Assembly: GCA_030141605.1 (NCBI GenBank)
Contig: JAQGDQ010000393.1
Coordinates: forward strand, 124,001-188,000
Direction: 5' to 3'
From: Tubiluchus corallicola
Lineage: Eukaryota > Animalia > Priapulida
Length of the DNA stretch: 64,000 nucleotides
Below the pieces are notes generated by a model. It was not told where the DNA came from. It saw nothing but the letters and a program-made list of their open reading frames with translations, and ran no database searches. The position numbers and the translations under genes were made by a program. Below are positions 49,501-63,256 of this stretch, in pieces (positions within the stretch are counted from its first letter, which is position 1; each line of letters starts with the position of its first letter).

Positions 49501-52500
49501 CTCAAAATATGGCCTAATATGTAATGAGAAAAAAGCAATGAGAGGAGAGAACATTTCTTTTTCAAAAAATTGTTATTAATGAGGTATAATAAGCCCTTGG
49601 CTTATAAGAAAAACGAAATATACAAACTGGTGCAATAGATAAATTCTTCCAGTAACAAACACATTAAAAAAAACCATTATCATTAATAAAGCTAATAATA
49701 AGACGTGGAATATGTTTCTCCTAACTAAGGTATACTGTAGCTTATACGTACTGAATTTTTGACCTTTGACAAGTATTTTCATGTTATAAAAGAGATAACA
49801 TATCTGCCCAGAACACTAAAGTCTCTGAAGCCTTAAACAGGAAGTGTTACCGCTTTGAAATTTATTTTGCTTGCATGCAAACATTAAAGGAAAGGTCGAG
49901 CCTTCTAGGAGGTTAGGCTTATTTCAGTGTTTGCGAAAAATGTTAGAAGGATTTAGTAATAAAACTGCAATAAGCACCTCCTGTAATTAGTAAAATCAGT
50001 ATAAAATTGCAATCACTTTATGATTGGGCGCTCCCATTCTCAATGCCCATTCTTTTTCCAATGACGTCAAAAACCTTTAAGAAAAGTAGACCATTGTCAA
50101 TCTTCATCAAAAGTATGACAAGTTTTTACAAAAAAATAGTTAGTTAATTTTGTAATATTTTTGCGTGAACAATAGGTAAGCTGCAGAAGTTTGAATTAGT
50201 TTAAGCGGCACGTGCTTAAGAAAAGTCACGAAGTCTCCTAATTTCGTCATGATTTTCAAGTGAATGGTGGCAACCACCACAACTGAAAATTTATATTCAG
50301 ACGTAGAATATTTTAACTTTATGCTTTACAAGCAGTTCCTTGCAAATTTCTTTGTTATAATTTTCTAAGTTTAAGTGAAAACAGTAAAATAAACCCAACA
50401 AATTGCATGACTTGTTCTTTCCTTTAAAAATTTGCATGCAAACAAGCACTTTTGGATGTGTGAAAAACAAGAAATACAGTATGATTTTCCAATGTATTTA
50501 CCCACCTGTTATAAAACTGTAAGAAGTAGAGACGTGCACATGAAATTCTGTTAATATGTTAACATTCACTAGTCAATTATCGTGCAAAACATTTACTACA
50601 ACTAAAACAATCTAAACGACGACATAATTCATAGAATGAACTGCAAACTCATTCCATAAATCAGTATTCCCACCACCAAATCGTGAAATACAAAAAAAAA
50701 ACACTGGTTAAGCGTTACTGTACTTACAGAAGTTGTAAATGATGAAGTCTGACTAGATTGTTTAGTTGTAACAAACTTCTACGGGTGGACAGACTAGAAA
50801 CAAAGGCAAAAGAATACTTGCATTCAGCAAAAACATGCATAATAAGTAATGAGTTAAATGAATGTGTTAGAATAAAATATGGCCGCTATACTGTTGTTAG
50901 CATATAATAAGCCAAGAGTCCAGAGAGAAATGGTATCAAAGTAGCAATACTGTGCTCATATATTGTCACAAACTGAAATACTTTGACAACTGTTAAAAGG
51001 CCTATAGTCTTGACATTAAAGAATTAAGAATTTGCATGAAAATATACGAATACTATTTCTGAAACGTGACCTAGCCAATGTAATATATTATTGCTGCTAA
51101 TTAAAATGCTCTTGAGTGATTATTTTAATTCATGTATATATTTATGCCACTTTTTTAAATGTTATCAATATCTTTACACTACAATCTATAGCTAGTCCAA
51201 TACAAAAGTTTACCTGTTGAAAAATGTAAAATTTAGAATTGAATATATGGTGCAATTTCGTGAAATTAACTGGAAGTTAGTACAATATTTACTCAGACAG
51301 CCACATGCTATTGAGACTTTGGTGCTTTCATTCCATCCGCTACAGAAGACTATTTTCAGGACTAAAGCAGATCAAGTTATAACTCTGCATAGTTTGAAAT
51401 GAATCACAACCAAATTTCATCCACATGCTGATAATTTCAAATCAACATTCACGCTCGGCAAACATGCATTTTTGTGCAATTCAAATCAGACTCAGTTAGG
51501 TTAGTTATTACATGTGCATAAAATAATAAAAAAATTATAACTCAAGAATAAAAATCAGGCAAACAGACTAAGTTAGTCAAAACGTGTCACCCAACTAACC
51601 AAAGAATACCGTGCAAAAAGTTATGCAAATGTGATACATGTGGTAGTTTCATTAGTTATCAAAAAATTAAATAAATAGTTAAACAATTTAACGAAAAGTA
51701 TCAAAATTCATAACATGATTAAACTGCAATAATCTAAGAAACTGCATTAATGCAACAATGCTATAAATGAATTGTGAATTATTGTTTATTGAAAAAAATG
51801 TTTAAACGCCGATTAATCATCACTAATAACGTGCTGTACCTAGACTTAGATATGGACCGCTTCAATTCTTTCTGCAGTTCATTCACTTTCTGTTCAGCAT
51901 CATTGTAAGTTCTTGATTTCTTCCTATGTTCTTGTTCGCTCTCTAACTTTTCTCGTTCAGCTTGATTCACCTGAATAAGGAAGAATTTGTCTAACATGTC
52001 AATTCTGTTGAATGCAGAACAACTGGAGATGACTCAAAGTGAACGTTGTTTTGCACTTCTTGATTGACTCAGCTTGTACTGTAATAATTTGTTACATTAA
52101 CTCTAACCATAATGGAGAAGGAGCCAGCACATAAGGGCTGTAATGATATATCTAGATCACGATGCAATATATACCACGATACCATCCTCACGGTATGATA
52201 AACATTGTCGTGAACTGATTCACGAGTTTTGTTTGTGAACTTTATAAACTTTAGCAACATTACAACTTTACAACACGTTAGACTACAGTGAATCATTTTC
52301 TCACCTGACTGGTTTATGATATGCATTACCCAAGGTTAACCAATTTCAACTGATTTGAGCTTTTACAGTTTTAATCTAGTAGTCACAACATAGTGTACAG
52401 AAAAGACAGTCTATAGTAAAGTGTTTGTGCCACTAAAGGAGTTTGGTTTAAGTTGCTACATATATTGACAAAAGCCTTTTCACATTGGTGGCAGTGCCCA

Positions 52501-55500
52501 CTACTACTTAGGTCTGCTGTAACATTTAGAAGGACTGTGAGTAAAATGATTTTCATTATGCTGATTTTTGATTCACATTAAATTCTTTTTCCTTTTACCC
52601 TCTTCTATGTGGTATCTACCTGTTTGCCTGCTATAGCATTTTGACATTTTTACTTAAACAGAGTATTACATTGCTGCCTTTACCTTTACCTTGTGCGGGG
52701 GAGGTAAGTTAACGTTTACAACTTATTAACTACATAATAAGTTAACGTTTGCAGGCTTTATAAAAAAACTACATAAAGCCACTGATAATAAATGCTAAGC
52801 ACATGTATGAATCAAGAATTTTAGGATTACTGAATGCTAAAATAACTCGATTAATTGCATGATTTTTATTTATTACCTGCATAATGTGAAGACTATTGTT
52901 TGCATTGTGAGCCACCAGAGAAGCAAAACTTATCAATATTTTAGGTTTAAAAGTTGCTTGCGCATTTTCTGATTCACTTTTGTCATTTCACAAGTTTACA
53001 TGTAAACAACGTAATTAGCCCACTACAGATTAAACACCTTGAGGTTTCAACTTTTTGGTTGCTATAGTAGTGCCAGCGTTAAGTCAATTACTGCTCACTG
53101 CACTGGCTAACACCTATTTACAGTACATTGTACAAGCTACAACTACAACTACAATTTCACATCGTTTTTATCATCATACGTTCAAGCGCGTGCTAATTTG
53201 CTAAAATATTATAGAAACACATCATTATTGATATGAGTGCACTATGGCGACGTGTATATCGTAATGAAAGATATTACGATGCATCGATACATCAACGTTC
53301 ATTGCAGGCCTACAGCACATCATGACTTTCTATTATTAGAGTAAGTATTATATTTGTTTCTTTCATCTTATCTTGCCAAGATTTTTATCCGCTAATAACA
53401 GATTTTTGTGCACAAAACGAGGTTCGAAATGTTATCACAGTTTTTGCGCATCAATGTAGCATGCAATTATAGGAAATCTCAATGGACACTGGGACATTAA
53501 TTAGGATGGAACCTAATGTTACTAGCCTATAGATTCTGAATGAACTGTCAAAACTGTCCAAAACACTAGTTTAAATAATCAACATTTAGAGTTTTTATGC
53601 TCTTCATTCATCAGTCATCTGACACCATTATGGCTACAAACAACAGTTCAATCAATGGTTTCATGTCAGTCATGCATTCAAATATACACGTGTGCACACG
53701 TAGGCCATGGCCTCTAATTTAAATAATTATGTTATAAAAGAGATACCTTCATTGTAGCATAATTTAACATTTCCTGCCAGGTTGGATCAAATTGTCCACC
53801 GTGCTTTTCGACACCCTGTTCGGACAGCATTACCATTTCAACCGCAGCAGCATGCATGCTACTCGCCTTTTCAAACCTCACTGCAGCTTTCTGTGTTTCG
53901 ACCTGCGCCTGTACAAAATGACATGAACACTATTGCTAAACATAAATAATTTTTACTGGCACTCAGTAGTTAATAAAACATTTTTTGTATATCCCTTGAA
54001 ATTATGCAAAAGCTTAAAAATAATGCAAAATAATTCTACTAGAATAAGTAACATTTCTCTGCTATAGATGAGTGTTGTTTAAAAATTGAATAAAGCAGTT
54101 CTTTTTGAGAAATTTATCAATGAGCTAACAAAAGCAATGGACTTTTAATGTACAACGTATCCGAATCAGGCATTAAAAACAACATTTCTCCCAAATAAAA
54201 AAAATCTCCTATGGAAAACTGCCACTTTGTTTCAAGATAAGTTAAAATGAATGAAAGGCAGCACTCATCACTACAGTCACCTTTATATTATTTATGCATT
54301 TTCCCACTAATATATGTAAATATAATGAGCTTGAATGGATGATGACTCTTCGCCGTAATCCATCCTGTGCCATTTTCTCTTCACTTAACACCAACCTCAT
54401 TTCATTACATTACACGTCCATTACACAACCTCTTCGGTCTTCTCGGGGGAGGGGGGAGGGGGGAGAGGTTCGACACTATGTTGGATCTCAACTCTCATCA
54501 CTCCCCTCCAGTACTTTCCTCCTCCACCCTCACAGCACAAGCAAAACTTTGCAACCTTCTCTGTCTCAGCTTCCCATCAGTACCACATCACAAACATGAC
54601 ATTTTGTTATGAAACTGACCAATCCATCGCACACGCGCCATCATGCAGCAGCCTGCAGTTACAGTACATATACGTAATCATCACAAGCTTGTTCATCAAG
54701 ATCAGTATCATTACCCAACAATAAAAACAAAATACGAAAGGTTTTAAAGGAAGACAGGATGATTTTTCATATATTTCCCCATTTTCAAGTCGGATAAAAA
54801 GAATACATTTTAACACAATTAATACTGTAAAAGCGTTTCTGATAATTAAATAATAGATTAAAAACTTAATTAACGGCGGGCGAGCCCAACTATTCATGAC
54901 AACACAAACTAACATAATTCAAACTAGCAAAAATATTCGACGAGCATGTTGCACGTGTTTGCAAAAGCGAAAATTGAAGTGAAATGCAGCTGTAAGATAT
55001 TCAGTGTGTTGTACTAAAACTGGGCATGCTTTAAGCTAAAAATTCAAATTTCAAATTTACTGCTGTGCTTATGCATGAGCTGTCGAAACAAACATAAACT
55101 AACACATATGATCTCCGAAGTACAGCACCTGTTTTCTGTGCAATGCATTTCCGAAATGCAGGCGCTGGTGCCCGACTAACTAGCAAATCGTGAAATACAA
55201 AGAACTAATGGCGTAAACGTGAAATTGTTTGTGTGGTAATAATTCTTTCACATAAGTCATTTTTGAAAAAATAGTATGGTTCCTTTCAATATTTTAAAGA
55301 GTAGATTATTTTGAAATACAATTAAAGATATGTCCGGCTTTGCATTAAATCATAATGACACATACTTCTTTAGCTTTCATTCGAGCATCATAGTATGGCC
55401 TGGCTTTGTCAATGCAGCTGCCCAACTTCTTTGCCAGAACATTTAATTTCTGGGTTGATTCAGTTAACACTTGGCGGAAAGCAGCCCTGGCTTCCTACAA

Positions 55501-57280
55501 TACAATATAAATAATTAAAATGATACTGCACTTTTACAATGTAATGAAAAAATTTCTTTAGTAAACTCTTCTAATAAGCCTTTTTATAGTTTTTGCTATT
55601 TGTATGCGTAGTTGCTGTAGGTCAAAGGTTAAGTGAACCTAGGGACCTTATGCCTGTAACCACATGTAAGTGAAATGGGTGAAACACGTGTATATTTTTA
55701 TTATATACCACACCTGTATAGTTTTACACTAACGTACTATTTTTATCCAAAAACAGCTGGCAAAATAACAGCAGCCATCCATGCAAAATGAAATAACTGA
55801 AGTAAAAATTAATACCAAGGACTGTTACTATTACTAGGTATGGGCTGTGAGGCAATGTAAAGTGTAAACAAATCCCTTGTTTGGTTCAGATAATTAATGT
55901 TATTACAGTCACTTATCCTTCGACCTTTCATGAATCATGATCATCATCAATCGCTGGAACTGTAAAAAGGCTTACTATACCAAAAATAACCACATACAAA
56001 ATGCTTTCAAAAATCATAAACATAAAATTGTAATAGTGCAAAGTGTACATACAGCAATATTGGGCTCATATACCTTGAATTACCTGCATTAAGTGTTGGG
56101 ACTGAAATTAAAGTGAGGTGCTTTATGACCAAGGTCCAAGAAACATGTGAACATTACAGTTTTTTTATAAATATAAAAATTATAACCATTTATAAATTTT
56201 AAGTAATACCACACAAAATTAATAAAAGTAGCAATTTATATATGATGTGAAGATGGATTTACATGCATGTGATGAGAACTGTTGAATTATATTAAAATCA
56301 ATCACAGTTAAAAGTTTCCTAAATTCATTTCAAGGCAAATTGCTGTTAATTTAAATTTGATGCTTATTTATCTGAACATATGTGGAAGAACCAGCTTCTA
56401 GGAATCACCATGCTTCCCTGTGCACATGTTTGTACATTTATCTGCAATTTCTTCCGTTTCAACCCAGTTTATTTTGAAAAAAGTCAAATTCTAATCTGTT
56501 GTTTTTGTAGTTTCAGTTTATGCCTTTGTATCAATAATGTATTTCTTATTCTTCCTTTTGGCTTGATTTATAGTTTGATAATGACCTCAGTAGCTGAAAC
56601 GATCGTCACTCGATAAACATGGTATCTGAGTATAGTTTATTACAAGCATAAGGACTGATTTCCCACAGATAACCATACCAAGTACTGGTGCGACTACTTA
56701 AAAAATGTCTCTCCACATTGTGATGGGTTCACATTCATATACATATACACATACTATTACACATAATGAACTTAGAATAGACTGTACATAATTGAAGTAC
56801 AAACATACTCACATCCAACTCTAATTCTAGTTTATTAATGGTGTCAGTGAATATATTAAGATTTTCTAACTCATCCTGCAAAGAAGGGCAAGGCTTATAA
56901 AAAAACGTTGCTATTTGACAAAAACGAAAAAGACAAATTACAACATAATTTATATAACAGTGAAAAATATTTCGCAAATAAATAATAGTAATCGTTACAT
57001 TCATTCTACGATAGCTTACAAATAATTCTTTCTCAGCTAGACTACTGTATAGTTTACTGTGACGTTCACGTAACTGGGTAATTATTATAAGACAGACTGA
57101 GATTATTATAACTGATTTTAAAAATATATTATGTTACTCAAACTCTTGAAAGAAAAAGAAATTGAGAAAACATTCCAACAAGTATACCCGAACTCTTGGA
57201 TCCAAAATGTCGTCATCATCACTGCATTTTCTGGAGCTTTGTCTTCGCAACTTCACTGGTGGCAAAGAAGCCATGACCAT
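46526..57280 (-). CDS. SH3BP5L: SH3 domain-binding protein 5 family protein (SH3BP5L-like; REI-1/Parcas-type Rab11 GEF), 7 coding exons, 547 aa
   Basis: Exons 57280-57188, 56875-56813, 55494-55366, 53908-53747, 51970-51840, 49513-49348 and 47425-46526. All are GT-AG and in frame (1644 nt). Protein: ..LDPRVRDELENLN..INKLELELDEARAAFRQVL..KLGSCIDKARPYYDAR..AQVETQKAAVRFEKA..FDPTWQEMLNYATMKVNQAE..LKRSISKSRPYFETK..YAGALHNLEAISEEIH. LGSCI and DPTWQ are closer to SH3BP5L than to SH3BP5; assigning the paralogue needs a tree. Confidence 0.92.
48130..48666. mobile_element. Tc1/mariner-like MITE with perfect 23-bp TIRs and TA TSD, SH3BP5L intron 6
   Basis: TA|CCGTATATACTCGCATATAAGCC ... GGCTTATATGCGAGTATATACGG|TA, with internal GTCGGCTTATAT repeats. 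Confidence 0.9.
49888..50423 (-). mobile_element. TTAA-targeting MITE family B, copy 2, SH3BP5L intron 5
   Basis: TTAA at 49884-49887 and 50424-50427. Terminal AGGAAAG/CTTTCCT. Reverse complement of 18076-18619. Confidence 0.88.
54748..55344 (+). mobile_element. TTAA-targeting MITE family A, copy 4 (longest), SH3BP5L intron 3
   Basis: TTAA at 54744-54747 and 55345-55348. Runs AGGAAGACAGGATG ... GTCCGGCTTTGCA and ends about 20 bp from the exon-3 donor. Confidence 0.87.
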
Positions 57281-57447
57281 GTGATTTTAGCTTGATATAA
57301 TAACAATGCAGTTGCCTGATCTAAATCTATTTGCAAAATAAAAAATCGATAATTTTTACAACACACATAACGAAGATGATGATCGTGTTGATGATATGAA
57401 GACTATGAGAGTAACAATGTAAGCAACAAGCTTTGCCAACAATAGTT

Positions 57448-57520
57448 ATAGTATGCTTGAAAACACTATAGTACTGACAGTATAGTATGCTTGAAAACAC
57501 TATAGTACCGACAGTATAGT
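57448..57520. repeat. 33-bp tandem duplication TATAGTATGCTTGAAAACACTATAGTACYGACAG
   Basis: Copies start at 57448 and 57481. Confidence 0.8.
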
Positions 57521-60500
57521 AAGATAATCGGGGACTGGACGTACAGCCGTTTCGGCGCCAGACACTTTGGCGCTGGCTCACTTTGGGCGCAAGTTACATG
57601 CAATGTGAATCGATCACACAAGGACAAAATTATTGTGGCACGACGTCTACTGCCTAATTATTACCACGTAAATTTTAAAACGTATAAAGTTTTTGAAAGA
57701 AAAGAAATATTTTTGTGAATGCGGTCGTTTAAAACTGGAAACAACTAGGACCTCCCCTTTCATCCAATTGATTTATTTTCTTTATGTAGGTGTGATGTGC
57801 TATGTTTTAGACTGTTCAAGCATCTGAACGACGAACTCTGCTGAAAATCTCTAGTTGAGAGGCCCTACCGTCTACCTTTTAAAACGAAGATAACAAAACA
57901 CTTTGTGACAGTGATTACTGAAGTTGAAATATGTGAGCGATATCGATGAACTGCAGTTGAAACTTCGTGATTAGTAACTGGCAACTAAATGAATACACAA
58001 GTAAGCAAGCAAGTTTATTAAATCACATTACAATAAAAAGACTATGAAATTTGTAGTGATGTTTGATGATCTATGATGATGTTTGATTTTATATGAAATT
58101 AAAGATGTTCGTGATGGTGAGCATTTTACTGATGTTCATTACTTTGTGAGTACATTACTGATATACTTATTTATAGAACGAAAGTGGCGCTGACGGGCCA
58201 CTGGCATATCAGAATCTAGTTTTTGCTGGATCACTGCTGTGTTTACCTGTTTCGAAGGCGGAATTCTTTTATTTCTGCCTGCATAATGTCTGCAACAGAC
58301 GTAACGGGCACAACATGATGACACTGATACACTAGGGTAAAAATTTCTTAACGTGCAAAAATGCGCTAGAACGCAAACTGCTGGTACTGACTACTATTTT
58401 TTAATAATTTGAAAAGCTAAAATAAAATGAAAAATTTCTAACAACTGCAAACTCAGACTCGCACGTAGAAATGCCAAAAATCTTTGGCTAGGCGTGGAAA
58501 TGGCATTCGTTTTTTACTTCTTAAAAGACGTCTATTAAGTGTTGAGCACAGCAGAGCAATGGTTACGAACAGTACAACCACTAGTCCACTGGTTTGCGAT
58601 TGCGAAACTCGACTCTCTCACCTATCAGAGGCGGGCACCTTTACAGGGTGCAAAGTCTATTTTTAGTAACATTGATCTTTTGGTTGTCCTTTTCCACTTT
58701 AATGTCCTTATTTGTCTTTATTCTGTATTCCATGCATTCGTTCCCTAGATTTTTGACTTCTAGCAATCCTTGTTATTCACTGTTCATTAATATATCCGAG
58801 TTCATCATTTTTTCCATTTTCCATATCTGCTGCATTTAATCATATGTTTAGTAGTATTATCATCTTACACACTGGGCATAATAACTGATCCTTAAATCCT
58901 GATCCATGGTTGCCACATAATAACAGATGTCCACATAATATTTTTATAATATACACAAGCAGAAGGTAGCAGAAAAATACAAACACCTGCAATACTGTTT
59001 GCAGCCAGAAAAAAGGCAGCAGTTAGCGAAGGTATAAACCTAGAGTGAGCAAGAAGTCTTTGGAATTTAAGATTTTCGTGGCAATCAATTAACAGTCTTT
59101 TTATCATGTGTTGTAACTTGTAACTGCATAGTCAAGAAAACATTTTATCTTTCCTTTAAATGGCAACTATTTATTCTTTTGAATTACCTGATAAATTTAG
59201 TTCTCTATAGCTCTGACTTACTGTATCTGCTAAAATTGGAATGCCATTCCACCACAGCTGCTGCTATTATTATGATAGGTCAGTAATAGTTCAGAGAAAG
59301 TTAGCATGTTTCATGTGTATAGCAAAACTTGCCTCTCAAAATCTGTCTTCACATAGAGACGAAATTTTAAACTGCTGTCGATCTTGGCAGACAATTTCAA
59401 TTATTGCTCACTAGACAAATTGCTCATCTTACTCTTTAATGCCAAAGTGAAAGGTTAATTAATAAGTAATACTTAGTAATTAATAATAATTCTATGTGTC
59501 TGTTCAGTAGTATGAGACTTAAGTGAAACTGTTCACCGTAGCAGGTGCTTACTCACAATAAAAAATTAGTTCATCTAGTAGAAATGCTTTTCACTTTCTG
59601 GTTATTAGTTACTCGTGTAATAGCTGGATTTGTTGGTGCATGGAAATAATTTTGCACAGGGTTTTTGAATGAGAAAATGCTTAGTGATCATTACAAAGCA
59701 TAAACAACTTCTAACTTGTGATTGCATAAGTTTTCGTATTAGGTATATATTCGTATTACATTACATGTATATATATATATATATATGTATATATAATTAT
59801 AGCAGCATTGTTTTCATCTCCAAGTCAGACTAACTAGTATACAAAAGCAACACAGATGTATTTTTGTCGGCTGAAAAACATTAGTTCTTTTATGCAAGAA
59901 AAAATAAAAAAATAAATGACTATTCTAACAAAATAACAGCATGCAAATAATCAATAACAAAAAAGGTTCATGATTAGTACAAAGGCACATTATTAAAATA
60001 CCTTTATTCTAAAATATGAATTTTTGAAACAAGTGTGTGCGCTTCTAAACAGCATTTAATGCGCACAAAAATATGCGTATGCATTTTACAAAAATAGATT
60101 AGTTTAGCAAACAAATGAAAGAAATAAAAAGTACCCAAGTTACTTTCGACATCTTTTTCCTCATGCTGCCATTTCAGTAACACTTTTGCTATTTTTAAGG
60201 CCAACTGTAATGCCAAAAAGTTATTTACACACAAACAAATTTTTTGTCTGGGATGTCTTTTTAATTTTCAATAATCATAACTGATTACTGTAAATTTACT
60301 TATACCCCATGTCATGTATAGCTTTGGGTGTGTGTAAGTAATCTTCGTTCAATACAGTTGACTTTGAAATCACAAAGCGTCACTTCACACGTTATTTCTT
60401 TTATTTGAAAACTCAGATTCCCATCTCAGAAGTCTATTTCAGAAATCTAACAGACTACTAGCTAAAGTGTAATAAATGCACATAATAAATATTAATCAAA

Positions 60501-61570
60501 AATGCATACAATTCAACTGTTAATAAACACTAGTCGATTCCAACACAAGTAATGCTCAAATATATAATCAGTAGTATATAAATTAAAAAAGACAAATCAA
60601 TTAGCTTAATAATTACGAGCCCAAAATCTTTTTCCCACGAAAATTATCAATAAATGGTAATTATACCAGATTTTAATAAATTAAAAGGGTAAAAACCAAT
60701 GTCATAATTTGTGCAAATTGACGAAATGCAATATTACTAATACGACAAAATTTAAGTAGAAGTTAGATTACACACATAAAAATACTGTGAGCTAATTTGA
60801 TCATTGATATAATGAAATTGGCACTTTCAATGTTATATTAATACAAAAAAAAAACAGAATATGACGCATCACTCAGTTAATAGAGGTATATCAATACAGT
60901 AAGCAAATGAGTAAAGAAATTCATCTGATAACCATTACGATATTGTTCATCTTCATCAAATTATATGAACATCAAAAACCTCTATGGGTAAACATGAAAG
61001 ATAAACATTAACAATATATTTTTCAGTTAATAATACAGAAAATTCCACTAGAACTGTCAGAGACCAGGAACCTATAAATAAAGTAGGTACAGTTCAGTTT
61101 ACGTATGTGCAGTTTTAGCAATTATCAGTATTCAATCCTCAAATCAAATTATTTAGATACTCTAAAATGACTCTAGTTATACAGCAACTACATGTCATAA
61201 ACTACACTGAAAAGGATAGAAAAAGCTAAATCTAGGGTTCCCTAAACCTATTAAAATTTGAAGCTCATAACTATCAATTTTAGTTCAAACAACTATGCAT
61301 TAATTATACTAAAGTGATTGCTAAAGCTATCCACGAAACCAATTTTGATTTTAAAGTATAAAAACAAATTAAATTTAACAGCACTACAGTAGATATAATC
61401 ATATAAACTGCTTGACTGTAAAGTGAGCATAAATTAATTATAGATGAGTTCAGGAAACAACATAATAATTACAGTGATTAGCTACGTTTATGTAACTGCT
61501 GCCAAATAAATGTGGTAAGTTTTGTTACATTAAGCTCCTTTTTCAAACTTAATACAGTATGCTGCTGAAT

Positions 61571-63256
61571 TTACACGAGAAGTTGATCATGCAAAACATA
61601 TGAAGTCTCAAGGACCTTTTCAGCTGGGTGTTCTACGGTATACTTTAGTACGAAGGTCTCGCTTTCACCATTCTTTATCGTGTGCACCCATTCAACATTA
61701 TGGCGATGATTAATGCGGACAGCTGTCTCATGTTTGTCTTTTGGAATTACAGGCTCCACCATCGTAACTTTGATTTTATCTTCTGTGCTTCTGGGGTACT
61801 GCTCTTCAACTGTTATTTTAATTGGCTTTGCTCTGGTATTCTTAATCGATATTTCTTGTTTATATGTCAAAGTAGACACTTTTGACCACAGTCCACTTTT
61901 CTCATGATATTTATGCTGGGGAGGGTAGGTTACTCGAATAGCTGGGTCAACACCCAAAGAGCAAGTGAATTCTTCCGAAGGACTAACAGAATTCAATTCT
62001 GATTTTGCTATGAAGTTGTTGTCCAGAAAAACATTGCATGGTCCAGCTAGTAAAGCATAAGGTGAGGTATTGGTGACGCAAGCCTTAAAATATGCATGGG
62101 CAGACTTTTTAGGAATGCACTGATATTCAAACTTTGGTTGCAGATCAATAATAGCAATGCTAACCTTATGGGCAGTGCCATCGCAAGGTATGGTTGTGGG
62201 TCTTGCAATTTCAAATGTAGTGCTTGTAACACCTTCTTTAATATCTGTTACAGGCATATCCATAGGAACAGCCAAAGCACATTCTTCGAGTTCAATTGAT
62301 CTGGAGAATTCAACATCTGCATCCTGTTTATTTCGAAATGATGATCCCATGCTAAAAAGTTGTATACCACCTTTCAGTTTAGGCCTAGATTTAGGTTTAG
62401 GTTTGAGAAAACTCAATTCATGAGTCTCTAAAGGTGGAACTGACCCTCCAATACTGGGCATAGCAGTCGACAAACACAGTGGTGCATTCACCCAATCTTC
62501 TTCAGTGTTTTGCTTAATCATTCCAAAATATAGTAATTTTAATGAATAGTCATCACTGAATACACGGACATCATACTGTGGTGTCCACTCTGCGTTTGCA
62601 ATGACATATGAAAAATGAAGAACTACTTCCCCGTCTTCAGTGGCATCTAGTAAAATGGATACTTCTCTTGCATAACGTGTAGTAACATGTGATGCTTTAT
62701 TTAGATTTGCACGAGCTGCCTCCAGTTTTTCCTCAGCTTCTTGAATAGTTAACGCCGTGTCTTGAATTTGACTTTCCAACTGTTCTCTTTTCTCATTATA
62801 CGTATTCATAAAATTGCCAACGCCTGTCAGCCATTCATCATCACCAATCCACTTTTGACCCTCTTTACTTCCTGCACTTGAGACTGACTCCAACATGCCA
62901 TCCCAACCAGTCTTCTGCTTTGTTAAGCGCTCTTCTTTAGCTTTAAGTGTCACAAGCTGCTTGTCTAAATTTGACACTTCAGTTTTTAACTCAGCAATTT
63001 TCTCAGTGCTTGTCGCCTCAGCATCTGTATCTGTGATTTGCCTCTCACGATACGTTACTTCAGTAATTGAAGCTGACCCCTTTCCTTCCACCCTAAACGA
63101 ATCCTTGTCTGCCAATTGTGAGATCTGCCTAATCACTACCTCATTTTCACCGGTTGTCAAAGTAGGTTTTACTATTCTGCAGACTTCTGCTCGGTCCTGG
63201 TAAACCACTACCCCTTTTACTGGGCAGTTTGGTATTTCAAACACTGGATTTGGCAT
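61571..63256 (-). CDS. DUF4140 + DUF4139 domain protein (C. elegans F37C4.5-like / bacterial mucoidy inhibitor MuiA-like), single coding exon, 561 aa
   Basis: Uninterrupted ORF. N-terminal VxxVVVYQDRAEV..DSFRVEG (DUF4140), a long coiled coil, then SYVIANAEWTPQYDVR, QNTEEDWVNAPLCLSTAMP, TIPCDG..HKV, LLAGPCNVFLDNNF and SLGVDPAIRVTY (DUF4139). A 3' splice site TTTTTAGCAG at 63280-63271 lies 14 nt before the ATG. Confidence 0.9.
   Translation of the reverse strand: MPNPVFEIPNCPVKGVVVYQDRAEVCRIVKPTLTTGENEVVIRQISQLADKDSFRVEGKGSASITEVTYRERQITDTDAEATSTEKIAELKTEVSNLDKQLVTLKAKEERLTKQKTGWDGMLESVSSAGSKEGQKWIGDDEWLTGVGNFMNTYNEKREQLESQIQDTALTIQEAEEKLEAARANLNKASHVTTRYAREVSILLDATEDGEVVLHFSYVIANAEWTPQYDVRVFSDDYSLKLLYFGMIKQNTEEDWVNAPLCLSTAMPSIGGSVPPLETHELSFLKPKPKSRPKLKGGIQLFSMGSSFRNKQDADVEFSRSIELEECALAVPMDMPVTDIKEGVTSTTFEIARPTTIPCDGTAHKVSIAIIDLQPKFEYQCIPKKSAHAYFKACVTNTSPYALLAGPCNVFLDNNFIAKSELNSVSPSEEFTCSLGVDPAIRVTYPPQHKYHEKSGLWSKVSTLTYKQEISIKNTRAKPIKITVEEQYPRSTEDKIKVTMVEPVIPKDKHETAVRINHRHNVEWVHTIKNGESETFVLKYTVEHPAEKVLETSYVLHDQLLV

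Noticed and set aside
54445-54468. G-quadruplex-like G-run cluster in SH3BP5L intron 3
   Set aside because: It is a simple low-complexity GGGGGGA repeat with no supporting context.
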